Of a stretch of DNA of 64,000 bases, positions 27,369-41,383 are shown piece after piece. A model generated the notes under the pieces. The model did not search any database, had not been told where the DNA came from, and worked only from the letters and a program-made list of their open reading frames with translations. This DNA comes from Tubiluchus corallicola (lineage: Eukaryota; Animalia; Priapulida). The position numbers and the translations under genes were made by a program. Position 1 is the stretch's first letter. Every line of letters starts with the position of its first letter. The stretch covers positions 436,282 to 500,281 of the forward strand of contig JAQGDQ010000016.1 of NCBI GenBank assembly GCA_030141605.1. The letters run 5' to 3'.

Positions 27369-27749
27369 TTGTCGCAAACATCTCTGCAAAATGGTGAGTG
27401 CAATAATTTCATGTATTCTAATTTACACAGAGGAACCTATGAATGAGTTTATATAGTCCTGACAAAATGGTGCAGTCTGTTTATTCTCTATAGAAAGTGA
27501 CAGGTAATCTTCGGGACACAATGAGTTGCAGATATGGTGTTTTTTTGGGGGGGGGGGATATCATAGGTACCACTGTTTTTAAATTACTAGATGAATGAGG
27601 AATATGTTCTATGTGTATTGTGGCATGCTATAGGTCACCATGGGGGGTAAATATGTCCAAATTATTAGCACTAAATGTTAAAAATAGATCGCCTCCGCTA
27701 GCCGAATCAGAGATTTCAGCGTGCACGTCCTGTAGTATAGTAGTCCTTG

Positions 27750-27758
27750 ACACACACA

Positions 27759-27841
<83 letters not shown>
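27750..27841. repeat. (CA)n microsatellite, right half of the tract split by the P-like element
   Basis: The CA run abuts the right TIR directly. Confidence 0.98.
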
Positions 27842-27842
<1 letters not shown>

Positions 27843-27852
27843 ACGCGCACAC

Positions 27853-27964
27853 AAAGATAACTTTCAACTCTTTCACCACTTTGCAAACGTTTGAACATGG
27901 GAGAAAAAAAAGATAGAAAATAGACGTTCATGTTTTTTTCACACTTTGAATTATGTCCTCTGCA
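27853..27964 (+). repeat. Segment X, copy 2
   Basis: Near-identical to 25236-25337, differing by small indels and substitutions in the middle. Confidence 0.95.
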
Positions 27965-28334
27965 ATAGCTTCTTCGGATTTTTTCAGCACTTTTGTGTTT
28001 CTTATTGTGAAATGGAAATGTAGCTTGACTTGTATTTTATTTGGATTTTGCAATAATTAATTCTGACTCCACATTTATTCGCTGATTTAATATGTAAATT
28101 AGATGACAAGTAAATGACAAAGCTAGGCTGGACAGAACGTTAAGAGACTTGCTTACTTTGAGAGAATTATTACTTTATTACTTGAAATATGCTTTTATAT
28201 TTGAAATTATGCTTGAAATTATTACGTAAAACTGCCTTTGCTTTATGGTAACAAAAGCTACAAAAACTGCATTCTTCCTACCTATCATTCTATTCAAATA
28301 ATTTACATTAAAGTCGCATTTACTGTTGCCTGAC

Positions 28335-28358
28335 AACAACGATAACGTGGTGATGATA

Positions 28359-28426
<68 letters not shown>

Positions 28427-28579
28427 AATGATGATGATGATGAATGATGATGATAATGTGACCGGTAATGGTGATTATGATAACGTCGTCGACGACGATG
28501 CTGACGATGATGATGATGATAATGTGAACGATAACGGTGATTATGATAACGTCGTCGTCGACAACGATCATGATGATGG

Positions 28580-28637
<58 letters not shown>
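28335..28637. repeat. (GAT)n microsatellite with an internal duplication of about 60 bp
   Basis: gat runs; the block gataatgtga...ggtgattatgataacgtcgtcg occurs twice. Confidence 0.95.
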
Positions 28638-28640
<3 letters not shown>

Positions 28641-31600
28641 AACAGCCTCGACGGTGAAGGGGATGTTTATAAACTGTAAACGTGAATTATACTTTTTATC
28701 TTACGTTTTTACACTCTAGTTATAAATCATAGCACATAAATTACGTTTTCTTGTATAGCAACATGAAAATAAGTGAAAAACTGCGCTCAGCGCTGCAATC
28801 ATCTAGTTCATTACCGTCCTAAATGCAATAAGAAGATGAAAAGTAGCTGCAAACTTTTTGCAATAAGCCCATGAATTGCAATTTGCACTGCACTGGACAA
28901 ATTTGCAAGAGAAAAGCCCGAGGAAGTAGTTTTCGTAATGGAGACAGTTTCACACCTCCTGTAGCCAATTTCAATCTATATTTCTGTACAGCAAAAGTGT
29001 AGATAGCTTTGGATTACTCTCTAATTGCCAATTTGGATTTAGGCATCTGTGTGTGCTTTTATAAATTACACACCTTGCGTATTTCGCAGAACTGCAGGTA
29101 AGAAACGCTGTCATTATATGTCAGTTTGATGAGTTTTTGTCAGAAGGTTCATACATTTGATTTTGTGAAAATAAAAAGTATTCATATTTAAGATAGCTAG
29201 CAAACCAACACCGTCTTCGCTTTGCTTAGTAAGGCAATTATTATAATGAGGTGCATTTTCAAGAGGAAGATAAGCTGAGTGCCCGAGGATATGTTAAATT
29301 TCTACACACTATCATTTTCAATTTAGCAAATCAAGTAATCTTTACGTTTTCTCAATTTAATTATTAGACTCATTTGAATTAAACTGACGCAAGTTAGTTT
29401 GAAGGCACAAATAAAATAAAAAATTCTGTGTCGGAAACTCAGGACTTTACGCATAACAGAGTCAGGCATACTAACACTCTCTTTTACTCATGCAGTCAGT
29501 CTGTCAGGAAGTCAGCCTCTCAGCCAGCCAGCCAACCGGACAGCTACCCAACAGTGAGCCATTAATTGTTAAATTACGTCTATAAGTCAGTTGTGAAGTC
29601 AACAGTTCAAATGCAAATTTCAATTTTCAGCAATCATTTCCATTTTTGGGCACAAACATAGAAGTCAAATCGACACAAATCGTTAAATATGCTAGCTAAT
29701 AATTTCACTCAGCTTACACTGCACTAACAAGACATCTGTCTATAACCAAGGCGTGTTATTATCGTATAACTGCGTTCTTAGAGCATTGCAAAACAGCACT
29801 TTTCTGAACAGCAGTTTATCCATGGAGAATACAAAAACGAGTTTATCCCCATAAATTGAGACTGACCATAGTGTTGTAAATTTGTGACAGCGTGGAGAAA
29901 TATTCCTTGCAGAACGGATTTTTAAGGGCACTTCACTATTGGATTTTTCATTAATGGCAAATTTAGATTCATTATTGTTTATTCATTTTTCAAATAGGCC
30001 TATTATTGTGCAACCGCGCACAATTTTATTGTTTTTCCTTGCGTGCTATTGGTAGTTTTGAGTTTTCTATGTCTTTGCTGTAAATACAATGGCTGTCTTC
30101 TAAAACATACACAATTTTAATGCCATCTGTCAATAATAATAATAAAAAAACAGTTAACAAGACGTTAATTTTGATATTGTGCATATTGTCCAAGAAACGA
30201 CATATTTTTCCGTTTCTTGGACAATCCAAAATATTTATACTAATAAATCTGGTGAAAATTGATTGTTAATTTTCTGTACCGATGTAAAACTAAAATGATT
30301 GTAACGCTTATGCTGCTTTAATATACCCGTACATTGGTAAAACTTTTCAAAAGAACTTCAAAATTACTCATTGGAACAATAATAATTGGTTTGCCTAGTG
30401 CTTTGGGGGTAATTTTGCATGTTAAGAGTGCTTTCTCATTGCTTACTAACCTCCGTACGTATATAGATTACCTCCAACCATTGGCGACACGATCTTGTTC
30501 CAGAAGTCCAGCTCCTGAGTGGCTTCTTTTGCTGTAATACATTTTCTTACAGCTCAGGCAATTTTAATGATTTCGATCGCCTTTTCGCCAGCAATTGTGC
30601 CTTCATAAATGCTGATCGACCAGCTACGTCAAGCAATAACGGCTCATTGCTACAGGGATTAGAAATCTGTCGATATTCGTTAATTATACACAGCCAGATT
30701 TTGCTCAAATAAATGTTGTTTACAAAAGAAAGCAGCCTTGAAAAATCTGATAAGAGAATGCAGAAATGGAAACCACGGCCAGCGCTGGGCAATCGTTATG
30801 CTGTACGAGAATAGGAACTGATCACAAAAGGTTCCTACTTTCTGCCACAGACGTCAGATTCTGTTAATCTGTTATAATCTCGTTTCCGTCATTGAATACG
30901 CCTTAGCCTTAACATGCTCCATTGTTATAAGATACGTGCAGCGCTAAAAATAAATTGGGACAACGCAGCTTAAAATCAGTAACTATGATCATTATTCTGC
31001 TACAGTTTACTAGAGAACAAGCAACATTAAATTATTTACGTCATGCAACGGCATGGAGAAGCAATTAACTCGTAGGAAGGATAGAAGAGTGACACGAGCC
31101 CAGTGTGTCACTCTCTTCATATTCCCAACAGAAATATGAAAAAGTGGGATTTGTTTTACAAATAAAATACAAAGCAAACTTGAACTTATCATACGGAGAC
31201 AATGTTACAATAAACAGGAACTGTAAATGGAAACAAAATGGAGATTCCTGCCTTCACTATCGCCGGTTCTTGCACAAAAGAGTTAAATGAGAAGCTGTTT
31301 TCGCCATGCTCCTCAGTAATAATTGGCCATTCAGTTTTCATGGATAGTGCACTTAAGACCAATTAAATTGCAATGAAGGTAATTTGAGTACGTCGTGACT
31401 AAGCAGCTTGACTAGGAGAAAATCGACTGCGCATTGCTCCTTAAAACAGGACAAAATGACCAAATATATTAGATGTATTATAGTTTAATGCCCATTATCT
31501 GCAAGAAAGACCAGCCTTCAGGTGAGCTAAGTGATATCGAAATTCAGTACCTAAAACTCACGAAATTGTCTCGAGTTAACGTCTTTGCAAATTCTGGTTC

Positions 31601-32042
31601 GCCCGTTTTATTTATCTGCCACATACCAATATAGCAGCCCTGATAGACGTGTACTTGCTGAGCTCCGTTGGTTTTAAGGTTATTGAATTGACGTTGGTCT
31701 ATCGCTCCGCGCCCGGTGCAACGCAAGCACGCTCAGTAGCTTTCGGGCCAACAGCTCACGCATGACAACAACTGTCTAAGCTAAGCTAACTATACCAAAC
31801 AACATGACAGTCACAACTAATGTCTAATCAGCAGATAAACTGAATAAATTTGACTGTTCCATTCCATAGACGACCCTTATATTGAATGCCCGAGTCACAT
31901 AAGTCCCAATGGTATCTTTTAACTTTGATTATATCCAGAAAAATAGCGTAAAATTAACTAATATTACATTGGTGTATAATATAAGTTTTGACCACATTTG
32001 AATTAATTTTGACTGTGAAGATCTCATTGAGGTTTATAAAAG

Positions 32043-32187
32043 CTGACCAGAAAAGAAAACATTTTGTTTTGTCATTATTTAAAGTTAATCAAATAGTTGT
32101 TTTTATCTAACATAAAAACTGGCCAGAACAGAAAACATTTTGTTTTGTCATTATTTAAAGCTAATCAAATAGTTGTTTTTAGCTAAC
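32043..32187. repeat. Tandem duplication, period 76 bp, about 1.9 copies
   Basis: ctg(a/g)ccagaa(a/c)agaaaacattttgttttgtcattatttaaag... starts at 32043 and again at 32119. Confidence 0.92.
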
Positions 32188-34433
32188 TTGCAAAGCCATA
32201 AACTAAACTAAACTGCGTATTTTCTTTATTGCAAAATGGTTTAATCAGCAACTCATAGACGTAAGCGCTGTGCATTTCTTCCTATAAACGAAATTAGACT
32301 ATATATTTCCACCAATTCACTTGCAATTGACAATAATAAAATCCAGAACCAGGCTAATATTTCTCCTTCTAACTAATGAAAAGTTGAGCATTTTTCATAA
32401 CAGTGTTAGACGGAGCTGTAGCTAAATGTCCCGAACGTACCTGCTGCAGGGGTGTGTGAAATAACTTGCACGCTGATTGGGCAGTCAACGAAAATGATTA
32501 ACATTATGTTAGACGCCAATTTGACGACGTTTACTTTCGCCCGTCCATTTATCAATTTCTTGTGAAAGTGAGTTTTTACATCGTTTTTTCAGATCCTTCG
32601 GCGTCTGTATCTTCGGTAAACTGCTATTAATAAACTTTCTACGGTCCCTGATTTATGCGTATTTTTACAAGTATAATAATAAATTCGGGCTAGTCTGTCG
32701 AAAACGCTACTAACTATTGCGCTAAACGCTTTCAATAAATAGTTCTGCTAGTTGTTACCCAGGACTTATTTTACTAAACCACCCCTTTTGCGTTCCAGTT
32801 GAAACGAACTAGTGGCTTGTTAAATATAGGCTTGCTTTGCCATGAAGAGCCTGGGAAACATTGAAGGCTTGCGAACAATTATTCTAAAATTTGTTACATT
32901 GTAGGAAACAGGCGAAGAAAAAATTTTTATGCCTATATCATTTTTTGAAAAAACAAAAACTCGTTGATACGTTGATACATTGTTTCATTGCCTTGTGACA
33001 GCCTAGCTTGCAGTTAGCAGAGACCGCAAGGTAAACATTCTTGACCATACTGAATAGAGCTGAGTTACTTACATGTCCCACTTTTCACATCGTTTGATTG
33101 CCATTTTTGCAGCCTTTTCTCACTTGGCTTCCTGCGTTTTCGAGCGGAACACATGGAACACGAAAATCTACTTGCAATCTGACATAGTTATAGGGTAACA
33201 TAATGAATTACCTACATGAGATGATAACACCGGTGAAACCAGGGCCTTTATGCAGGTGTAAGTACAACTGTTGTTTCAAAAGTCATTTTTGAAAGTAATA
33301 TGAAAAAATAATCATATTATTGAAAACGATGAAGTAAAACGAACAAACATTTTTAAATACAAATGTAAATGAAGGATGTTTGAATTGACTATTATATACG
33401 TGTTAGTGTCGTGTGAATTTTCTAATTTAAGTTTTTAAGATTTTTCACAGCTTCGTTGTGCGCACGCGCATTTGTTGTAGATCAAAGGTTAAGTGTACCA
33501 AAGCAACGCGTCTTAACTGCAACTGTCACGTGACACGTGTGTCGCATCAGTTCAGTAACTTCGGTTGTTTTACGTGGACTTTGCTTAATTATGCATTAGC
33601 CTGTGCGTAGAGTGATTTACTAGCAGGATCTTACCTGAGAACGAGAAAAATGAACTAGGCAAGGTTCCGCAGCTAGCTGTTAAAACTGTTACTATTGCAA
33701 TAGCATAGGCTGCAAGGCATTGTCTAGTGTACACAAATGCGTTGTCTGGTACATAACCTTTGACCTTTTAACGATCATCGTCAATCGCTGGAACTGTGGA
33801 AAGGCTTATTCGTCCTTGCAGAATGCTTTATTTTTTACCATTCTCGTATGTAAGCCAATTTCGCGAAACCAAATGTAAACGACCACACATGAACGCTGAA
33901 CCTTAAAAGTCTTCAAATTAGATGGAGTCACCAACATCATTAATTAGATTACGATTTTGCACATTAGAAGTAATAAACCATTAACTTTTAGTCTATGTCT
34001 CAACACAATCAGCAATAAATTCGCAGCTAATGAGTTAAAAATATAAATTACGTCACATACTAATATTATCAAATTTATGAAGTAAAATAGCTAAAATATA
34101 GAATGTTTATTCTTAAAAAAAATAATCTACGGCCTACGACACACTTAATTCATTAAATTCAACGTCCAGCATCATGCAAAATTTGTTTCCGCGCTACACT
34201 TCATCACACAAACGGCAATGAGCAGCTATTTTACAAAGCAATTAACGAATATGGAAGTGAATAAGGAAATTTTAGATGTTGTAATTGCTTATTATATATA
34301 AGCTTCTGAGGCTAGCTAATAAGAATAAGGATTAGCGGTGATTGGGCGCATCCGATTAACAAATTGAGATCGTGCCATGGTGTGACGGCAAACTGTAGGC
34401 CTACCCTTAGCTGACAAGAAGAATGCGTTTAGT

Positions 34434-34990
34434 CATAAGATAAGATAAGGTAAGATTCGATGCCTTGCGATGCGATAAGATAAGATAAGGTCTTTATTTA
34501 AATTCGATAGCTAGAATGAGTCATAGGCTCCTTTACATTAAGGTCGAGTGTACTAAAATGCATAATATAAATAAACATAAAAAATGCAAAATGTGAAATA
34601 TAAATTAAAACTAAATAACTATACATGCAGTTACAAAATTATCCAAAAAAATAAATAAAAGATTTAAAAGTTTTGAGGTTAATATATATATACTACATAT
34701 ATATATATACATAAACTAAATTTCTGATTTTAACAACATGCACATTGCCATATAATTCTAAGAATACAAGTTTAAAACCTACACATCCTATGGTAAAATA
34801 AGCGAGAAGTTAATTTGTAAATTTCGAGTAAAATTTTTCAATGCAGCAGTTAAAACACGCTTTTTTAAAACTTATGACAGTTGGGGCTTCTCGATCAGTT
34901 TGGGGAAGTTGATTAAATAATTTTGCTCCATAAACCTGGAAGGAATATTTATATTGGTCCTTTTTTGCAATCCTTCTGCTGTGACATTAC
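34434..34990 (-). mobile_element. L2/Crack-type LINE 3' end with (CTTAT)n tail
   Basis: Minus strand reads NSFQVYGAKLFNQLPQTDREAPTVISFKKA, matching the SF...GAKLWN.LP...FKK end motif. An AT-rich UTR, AATAAA and a pentanucleotide tail follow. Confidence 0.75.
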
Positions 34991-37688
34991 GTGTGGTCCC
35001 TGTTCTTTTTGTAAATACACGTAAGTATTCTGGTGTAAAACTATGTAATTATCCTCGTATGCCGATGGAGAGAAAACTTCTGATGGCTTTAGGTGAGAAA
35101 ATTCAACGCACGACAACCACGTTCACATTGCATTTCACGGTCAATCACTCCACGAAGGTGAATGTTTTGTTGTGTTTACTAATTGTAGTGACAAATTTTA
35201 TATATAATGTTTGATCATACATTTTCTAACATTGCAGTAAATATTCAAATCCAATTCATCTACAATTACACCTTCACGAGTATGTCTATTGTAGACTGTA
35301 CTGCAGTTCTCATTTAAACTTTTAAAATATAATTATTTTAAATAAAAACAGACACTAGCCACAAGTTTTGCTAGTTCAGCATCCAATAAAAATAGAAGGC
35401 GCACCATCTTGGGTTCTGCTGGACCCGTTTGCTGGATGAGTTTTGCTGCATGCTTCTTGTGTGATGCGTGGGCGTCGTCATTGTCCGCAGTGTTTTCATA
35501 ATTTGCCTGATGCTGGGTGCTGCTGCGTTTTGCGTAATTATGTGTGTCGCAGTTCTAATAAGAAATGAGTTCACCAAAATAGAAAAAACAATAGCGCTCT
35601 GTAAAAAGGTCGATGGATGATGACTTGAAAACCGAATTTTCAAAAAAATAATCAATGACTCATTGTAGATTCGGTAATCAAAATTTATTATTTCGTCATT
35701 CGGCAATCGGATTGGAAAGAGCACACTTGTGACCCGAACAACACGAAACGATGACGTCAAAGTGGCAAGCTTCACTTGAGATAATGAGGCGCATGCGAAC
35801 CTCGAGAGAGTACATGACACTTTTAACACGCTTCATCTTCAACCACACAGTAACTTGACATAAATATTTCAACAAGCCTATTGCATAAATAAGTAAATAA
35901 AAGTCGACCTAAAAGGTTAGGTATACGTTATAGACATAAGTGCTTTTTATATAAAATTAACTTTACTGCTTAGAATTCGCTGTGAAATTTTTAAATTGAA
36001 TATGGATTTTAAGCCGTAAGAAATAATTACAACACATAGATGCAAGAGCACTGCACATACGAACTAATGTGCCATCTATACTTGATTTCGCTGTGCCTAT
36101 AATTGACGTTTGTACTATAAGCGGGGTTAGACTATCGGTTATCATTGATGTCATACTAATTTAAGGACAAACCAACTATGTCGGTTCCAACTTGAGACAG
36201 AGGGGGAGACGTTTTCATAGGTCAGAATGTACTCCATAGAAAGGCACGTCATGACACTATGACAATTAAGATGTCGACGAAAGTAGTTTGCTTCTTAATA
36301 ATTCAACTACCAAGCAACTCGGACATGAAGTTGTACAATAAACTCAGAGAAAATTGATCGGCGTTGAGGCTACAGAAAAACGATTAGAGATGAAACATGA
36401 AATAAAGTGGTATTATTAAACTGGCTTCACGCCATTGAAGCCCAAAAGATTAATGGCTTTTTACTTAGATTATTAAACTGCTAAGGAACGTTTTCTGTCA
36501 AACTCAGTTTATTGCATGCGTTTTGTTACTTTTATACCCTGGCGATTAAAGTTGCTAATGAACGGTTGATTGCTATCAGTGCTGTAATATCAGTTTGACC
36601 ATCGTAGTTGCAGTGTTTACTGTTTATATTAGCATTATAAATAATAAACGCTAGAGCAGTTTTTTGCTCAGTCAAGTCGCTTGTCTAGGTTTTCTAGACT
36701 GTCTTGAAAGAAGTTAAATAGCTATCAGTGTTAATTACGAAATCTCGGAGGCGAAGGGTTGACAGATTTCACAGATCTTTTTTACAAAGCACGCCAAATT
36801 ACATAATATTTCTTTAAACAATAATTTTAATAATTCACCCCATCGACTACGAATTAGCCACTTACAATATAACATACAAATAACTAATATATATAAACTA
36901 AGTATTCTTCGTTACAAATATTAGGTATTTTCTACAATCGTGACTTAATACCATTTCATCCTACTAAATAACCATTATTACAGGTTAAACGTATAACCTT
37001 ATATTAATCCTAGATAATGCAATATTGTCTCCTTGATAGTTATATTTATTTAACATTATACAAAAATTAATCTTCTCTCATCATAAATATTGCCGTTACT
37101 ATCCTTTTCAGTCTTACTTCCAAGTCGCCATATCAAATTATTGACTAATTCAGTTTAAATTAATCCTAATTTCTTTATACTAATAATCATTATGTTTTGT
37201 TACATTAATGTAATAATAATGGTTACATAATTCTTCTACAGGCCCCCATGAACTAATTGTACCGTCTAATTATCTAATGTGTAAGGGGAGTGTGTAAATG
37301 AACACTTGGTCGTACACTCGCCTCACACAAACTAAATTTGCTCATTGATAATATTACTTTTCTAAATTTTTTACTTTTATGTGTGAAATAAATATCATGG
37401 TCATAGTCATAGTCATAGTCATAGTCAAAGCAACATAAAGTTTTTAAAGTGAGTTTGCTAAGGCTTGTGATGATTTGCCGCTCTTGCGTTCTGGCGTTCA
37501 CCTTGCTTCATAGGCAATTAGTTGTTATACGTAATTAATTATGAGTGTGGATGCAGTGTTACGCAGTCTCACGCTATAACAGTAGGCGCAATCTAATAGG
37601 CAAAATCTCGCTAGAAAAAATATTTATATAGGGAAAATCATGCATGACCTCAGCAAATAACGTAAGTAACGTAAGGCCAGCATTATGA

Positions 37689-38379
37689 TTCCGACCCCCG
37701 AACCCGATCCCGATTTTTTCAAACCGAACCCCGTTCTCGAACTCTCATCCCGTCCCGAGCCCGATTTCAACCCCGAACTTTAAAAGTTTATAATATTTGA
37801 AAAACAACGTTTACTTTAGATTTTTGAGGCATATGAAGTAAAATGAGGGTTAGTCATCGATTAGATTTTGTGATAGAATCGAAATTTTATTAACCATAAT
37901 TGGGAATCCCTATCCCGAACACTGATCCCGACTACTTGATCCCGAACCCCGAAAAATCTGAACGTCGAACTTAATTAGCGTCTCGAACCGCTGACCCTTT
38001 CTCTTTTTTTATTCACACCCAATAATAAAATATATTAAAAACAATGTATTTATAAAACTTACAAATACAATATTTACAAGAGTAAATAGAGATAGAGACA
38101 TAAAAAGATGAACTACTTACACGTGTCTATTATGTACAAGAACTTTTTACGTAAGTTAACTTTATTTAAGCGGTCACGAGGAGTGCCCCATTAACATATG
38201 TAGCAAAAGAGCTACAACTTGATTTGAGAAAAATTGACCAAATGATACTTCGATGTACGAAAAGCTTTAGAGAACGATTTTGCCTTGTTCTATTTCAAAA
38301 TGCACGGATAAAAAATGTCAAAATTAACATCAACTTTTCTATGAATAATTTGGTCCCGTCCCGAACCCCGACACCCCTA
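37689..38379. repeat. (CCCGAA/CCCGAT)-rich arm of a probable hAT-type MITE, interrupted by other DNA
   Basis: Clustered cccgaa-like units at 37689-37775, 37908-37995 and 38355-38371, ending in CACCCCTA (complement of a TAGGGGTG-type terminus). The other terminus was not found. Confidence 0.4.
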
Positions 38380-40869
38380 CTCACCATAATGTACTTGTAT
38401 TGTATGCTTTTCCAAAGCCTGCATGTTTCTAGGCCTGTCCGCTGTAAGGCACCATAATGTGCATTGAGCCGTGAGCATTTAACATTATAATTGTAGGAAG
38501 AATGAAATTGCTTGTTTTTCTAGCCACGGTCTTCAGTTGCCGCAAACGATAGACCTTTTAAGAACAAACAACAAAAGAAAAGAGACATTTCTCACTGAGC
38601 AAAATGATACCGTTTCAAAAGCCTGCGGTTCTTATAGATGTTGTTTTGCTCGCGGCTGATTCATGATCAAGGCTAAATTATTATCGCTTTTTCAACAAGC
38701 ATCTTGATGTGATTTATATAAAATCTATTAGCCCTTCCTTGTGTCAGCTTTATCTGAACTATTTCCTGATTTAATTAAATTTGCTGTGTTTATATATTTT
38801 TACTAACATTTAACATGTCTGCCTATAGGTTACCTATAGATGCGTAAATTTCCGTGATATACCGCCCACACCTCTGAAAGAAAAGCTTAGAACAAAACGG
38901 CAATTTAATCTGGATGTATTGCATTGCAAAACGGTTTTGAAATGCCAACATAATCTTTGTAATCGAGACTTTGTATTATGTGCAGCATACTATCATTTAA
39001 TATTATATATGTATATATGAGGCTCTTTATATATTAGCAATATGGAAATGCAAGTGTCGCAATAGATGTCTTTGTGGGGTGTCTCCATGTTATAGATATT
39101 CTTTAAATGCAGCTCCTTTGAATATTACAGTACAGAGCGGTAACAGATAACTTGAGGTTTTAGCCTTTCTAACAGGTTAAGACAATTTTAATAATTTTCT
39201 GTTCAGTATTGGGTATGCAGAAAATAATATGTGCCAGTGTTTAGAGGGGATGCAAGCCCCACATCATCTGCTGTTTGAACGCAAATTCGTAAGTTGTATT
39301 AAAAGAGAAAGCTTTGTAAGCGTTTTACAGCACCAGGATATCAATTATATGTTAACTTGTCCCGATAATTTAATTTTAATTATGTCAATATTTTGTTAGA
39401 TAATTTTATTTTGTCACTAACCTAGCGGGATTATTTAATTTGAGGTAACTGATATCAATGTCAGTTAAGTAGGTAATGATAATACAATACTAGCATAGCT
39501 GTACTGTAAATTGCTAAAAATGATATTTAAATACTGTTAACTGTTATAGCCCTGCAAATAGAGGGCGCATGTATATATGTACATGTTTATTTATTCAAAA
39601 GCGTATTTTAATGAGTTATAATAATAATCATAATAATACTACTCTCTTTTGACAGTTTATATATTATCAAATGTGCGAAATAAATATGTGACAAACAACA
39701 ATGGTCATATGATAAGAAACTGTAAAACTAGTGAGTGACAGCAGAACTTTTAGATATAGTACTGTGGGTGTAATGTGTATGTCACGTAAATCAGTTGAGG
39801 GCTTTGATGAGTTTTTGTTGTGTATTGGGTTTGGATGAAATTGTTTATGGCTCGTGATGTCGAATGTTTGAGGAATACAATATCGTCGTGTTCCAAACAA
39901 ATGGAGTAACTATATGGATAAAGTTTGTTGAAGAAGATGATACATACAATTTCATGATGACATACATCTGAAGAACGAGACTGCTAACATCTAAACAATA
40001 AGTATAACATCATAGTGTTCTAACATCATGAGCTCATCTTAGAGTGCTGCATAGACGAACGTCATATGGGATATAAATCAGTTTGAGTTGCTTTTAAATT
40101 ATCTAGTGTTTAATCTGCATATGAGCACTCTGTTTGCAGCTCGTACTTCTCACTGAAATCTGACACTTATCCATGTATAAGGCAGCAAACTGCAAAGTGT
40201 TCTATACAACTTAAACTCTCTACATCTTTACAACTCAATGACTAGAGTGAGACCTCCGATCTTCACAGCTTTGTCAAATCGCAACTCTCTACGCCCTATC
40301 AGCTCAGTGGTCCGCGCCCAGAACGCAACTCCTAGAGGGATTTTTCGTCGGGTCTCGTCAAGTGATCCTCTACTCACGTGAGCACACTTGAATTGCATCT
40401 TAAGGCGTGGCATTAATTAAACATGCGCCGTAGCATTATTAATGAGAAATATCCCACAATTAAGAAATGAGGACAGCACATTTCATACCACCGCTGCGGC
40501 TTATGTTCTGTTTGACAGAATAAGAAAAAAAGGGCAATTATTAAGAATTAAATTTACGTTATTCACTGTAGTAAATTCGTGGAAAGTACTGCAACAGTCG
40601 TAGACAAGACATAACGTGGCTATATCTATTGCTCTGTTGAAGCCGACTAAGATCTATATTAGGAACATCAATATTTAAAATATTCTAACCACTTGTATGA
40701 GTTTGGTTTTATTAAAAATTCTCTTAGAACGAATTTTCGCCATTTTGTTTTCAACTGTAAAGGAATTTTATTATACACGTATAAGCAAAACAGTGTGATG
40801 TTTGACTTATTGTGTTTTAATACAGTGCACAAAAGTATTACAAAATTAGAGTCTGAAACACTTCATGCC

Positions 40870-40950
40870 TCAACTGAGACTACTGGGATTCGATCCCAAG
40901 ACTTTGTGCTGTTTGACAGCTATTCTAACCTTTATATCACAGAAGCACTC
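40870..40950 (-). mobile_element. Possible tRNA-derived SINE head remnant
   Basis: gggattcgatccc resembles a B-box hairpin, followed by a ...ctattctaacc A-box-like complement; no full cloverleaf. Confidence 0.3.
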
Positions 40951-41383
40951 GACTTTTTCAAACTCAAAAATTGACTTTAAAAAGCCACTAGAGGTCTATT
41001 GCAACCTATTTTTAATTTAGAGGCTCTTGGTAGAGTTTTTAAACTGCAATAATTATAGCTTGGCAATTTTTCTTACATCTTACATTGTCGTACAAGGAAG
41101 TTTGGCGAAGTAGTAAAGCAGTAACAGTGTTAACGTGTACAAACGCAAGCGCGTCTGCTTTACGTGACTGAAGGGTGCAATGGAACGCTTGGCTTGATGC
41201 TTGCACCTGCCGCTTTCCTATGGGAGTTCATACTTTATTAACTGTATCATTTATGTTGATTATCTACACATGATTAATCACTTTAAACAACGACCTATGG
41301 ACATTTTTAGTATTGTGAATATAATATAATTGAATACGTTTACCTACTCATCAGTGTTTTAATAATGGTACACAAACTAAAAC

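Larger units (their letters stand above)
25512..27749 (+). mobile_element. P-superfamily (THAP transposase) DNA transposon, internally deleted
   Basis: Perfect 63-bp TIRs (25512-25574 and 27687-27749) with CA...TG termini. The flanks ACACACAC on both sides are compatible with the 8-bp TSD of P elements; odd TSD lengths do not match. Contains a THAP domain and the C-terminal parts of a P transposase. Confidence 0.93.

Noticed and set aside
35371-35829. 152-aa minus-strand ORF as a host gene
   Set aside because: Non-ATG start, no recognisable domain and no supporting neighbouring exons.
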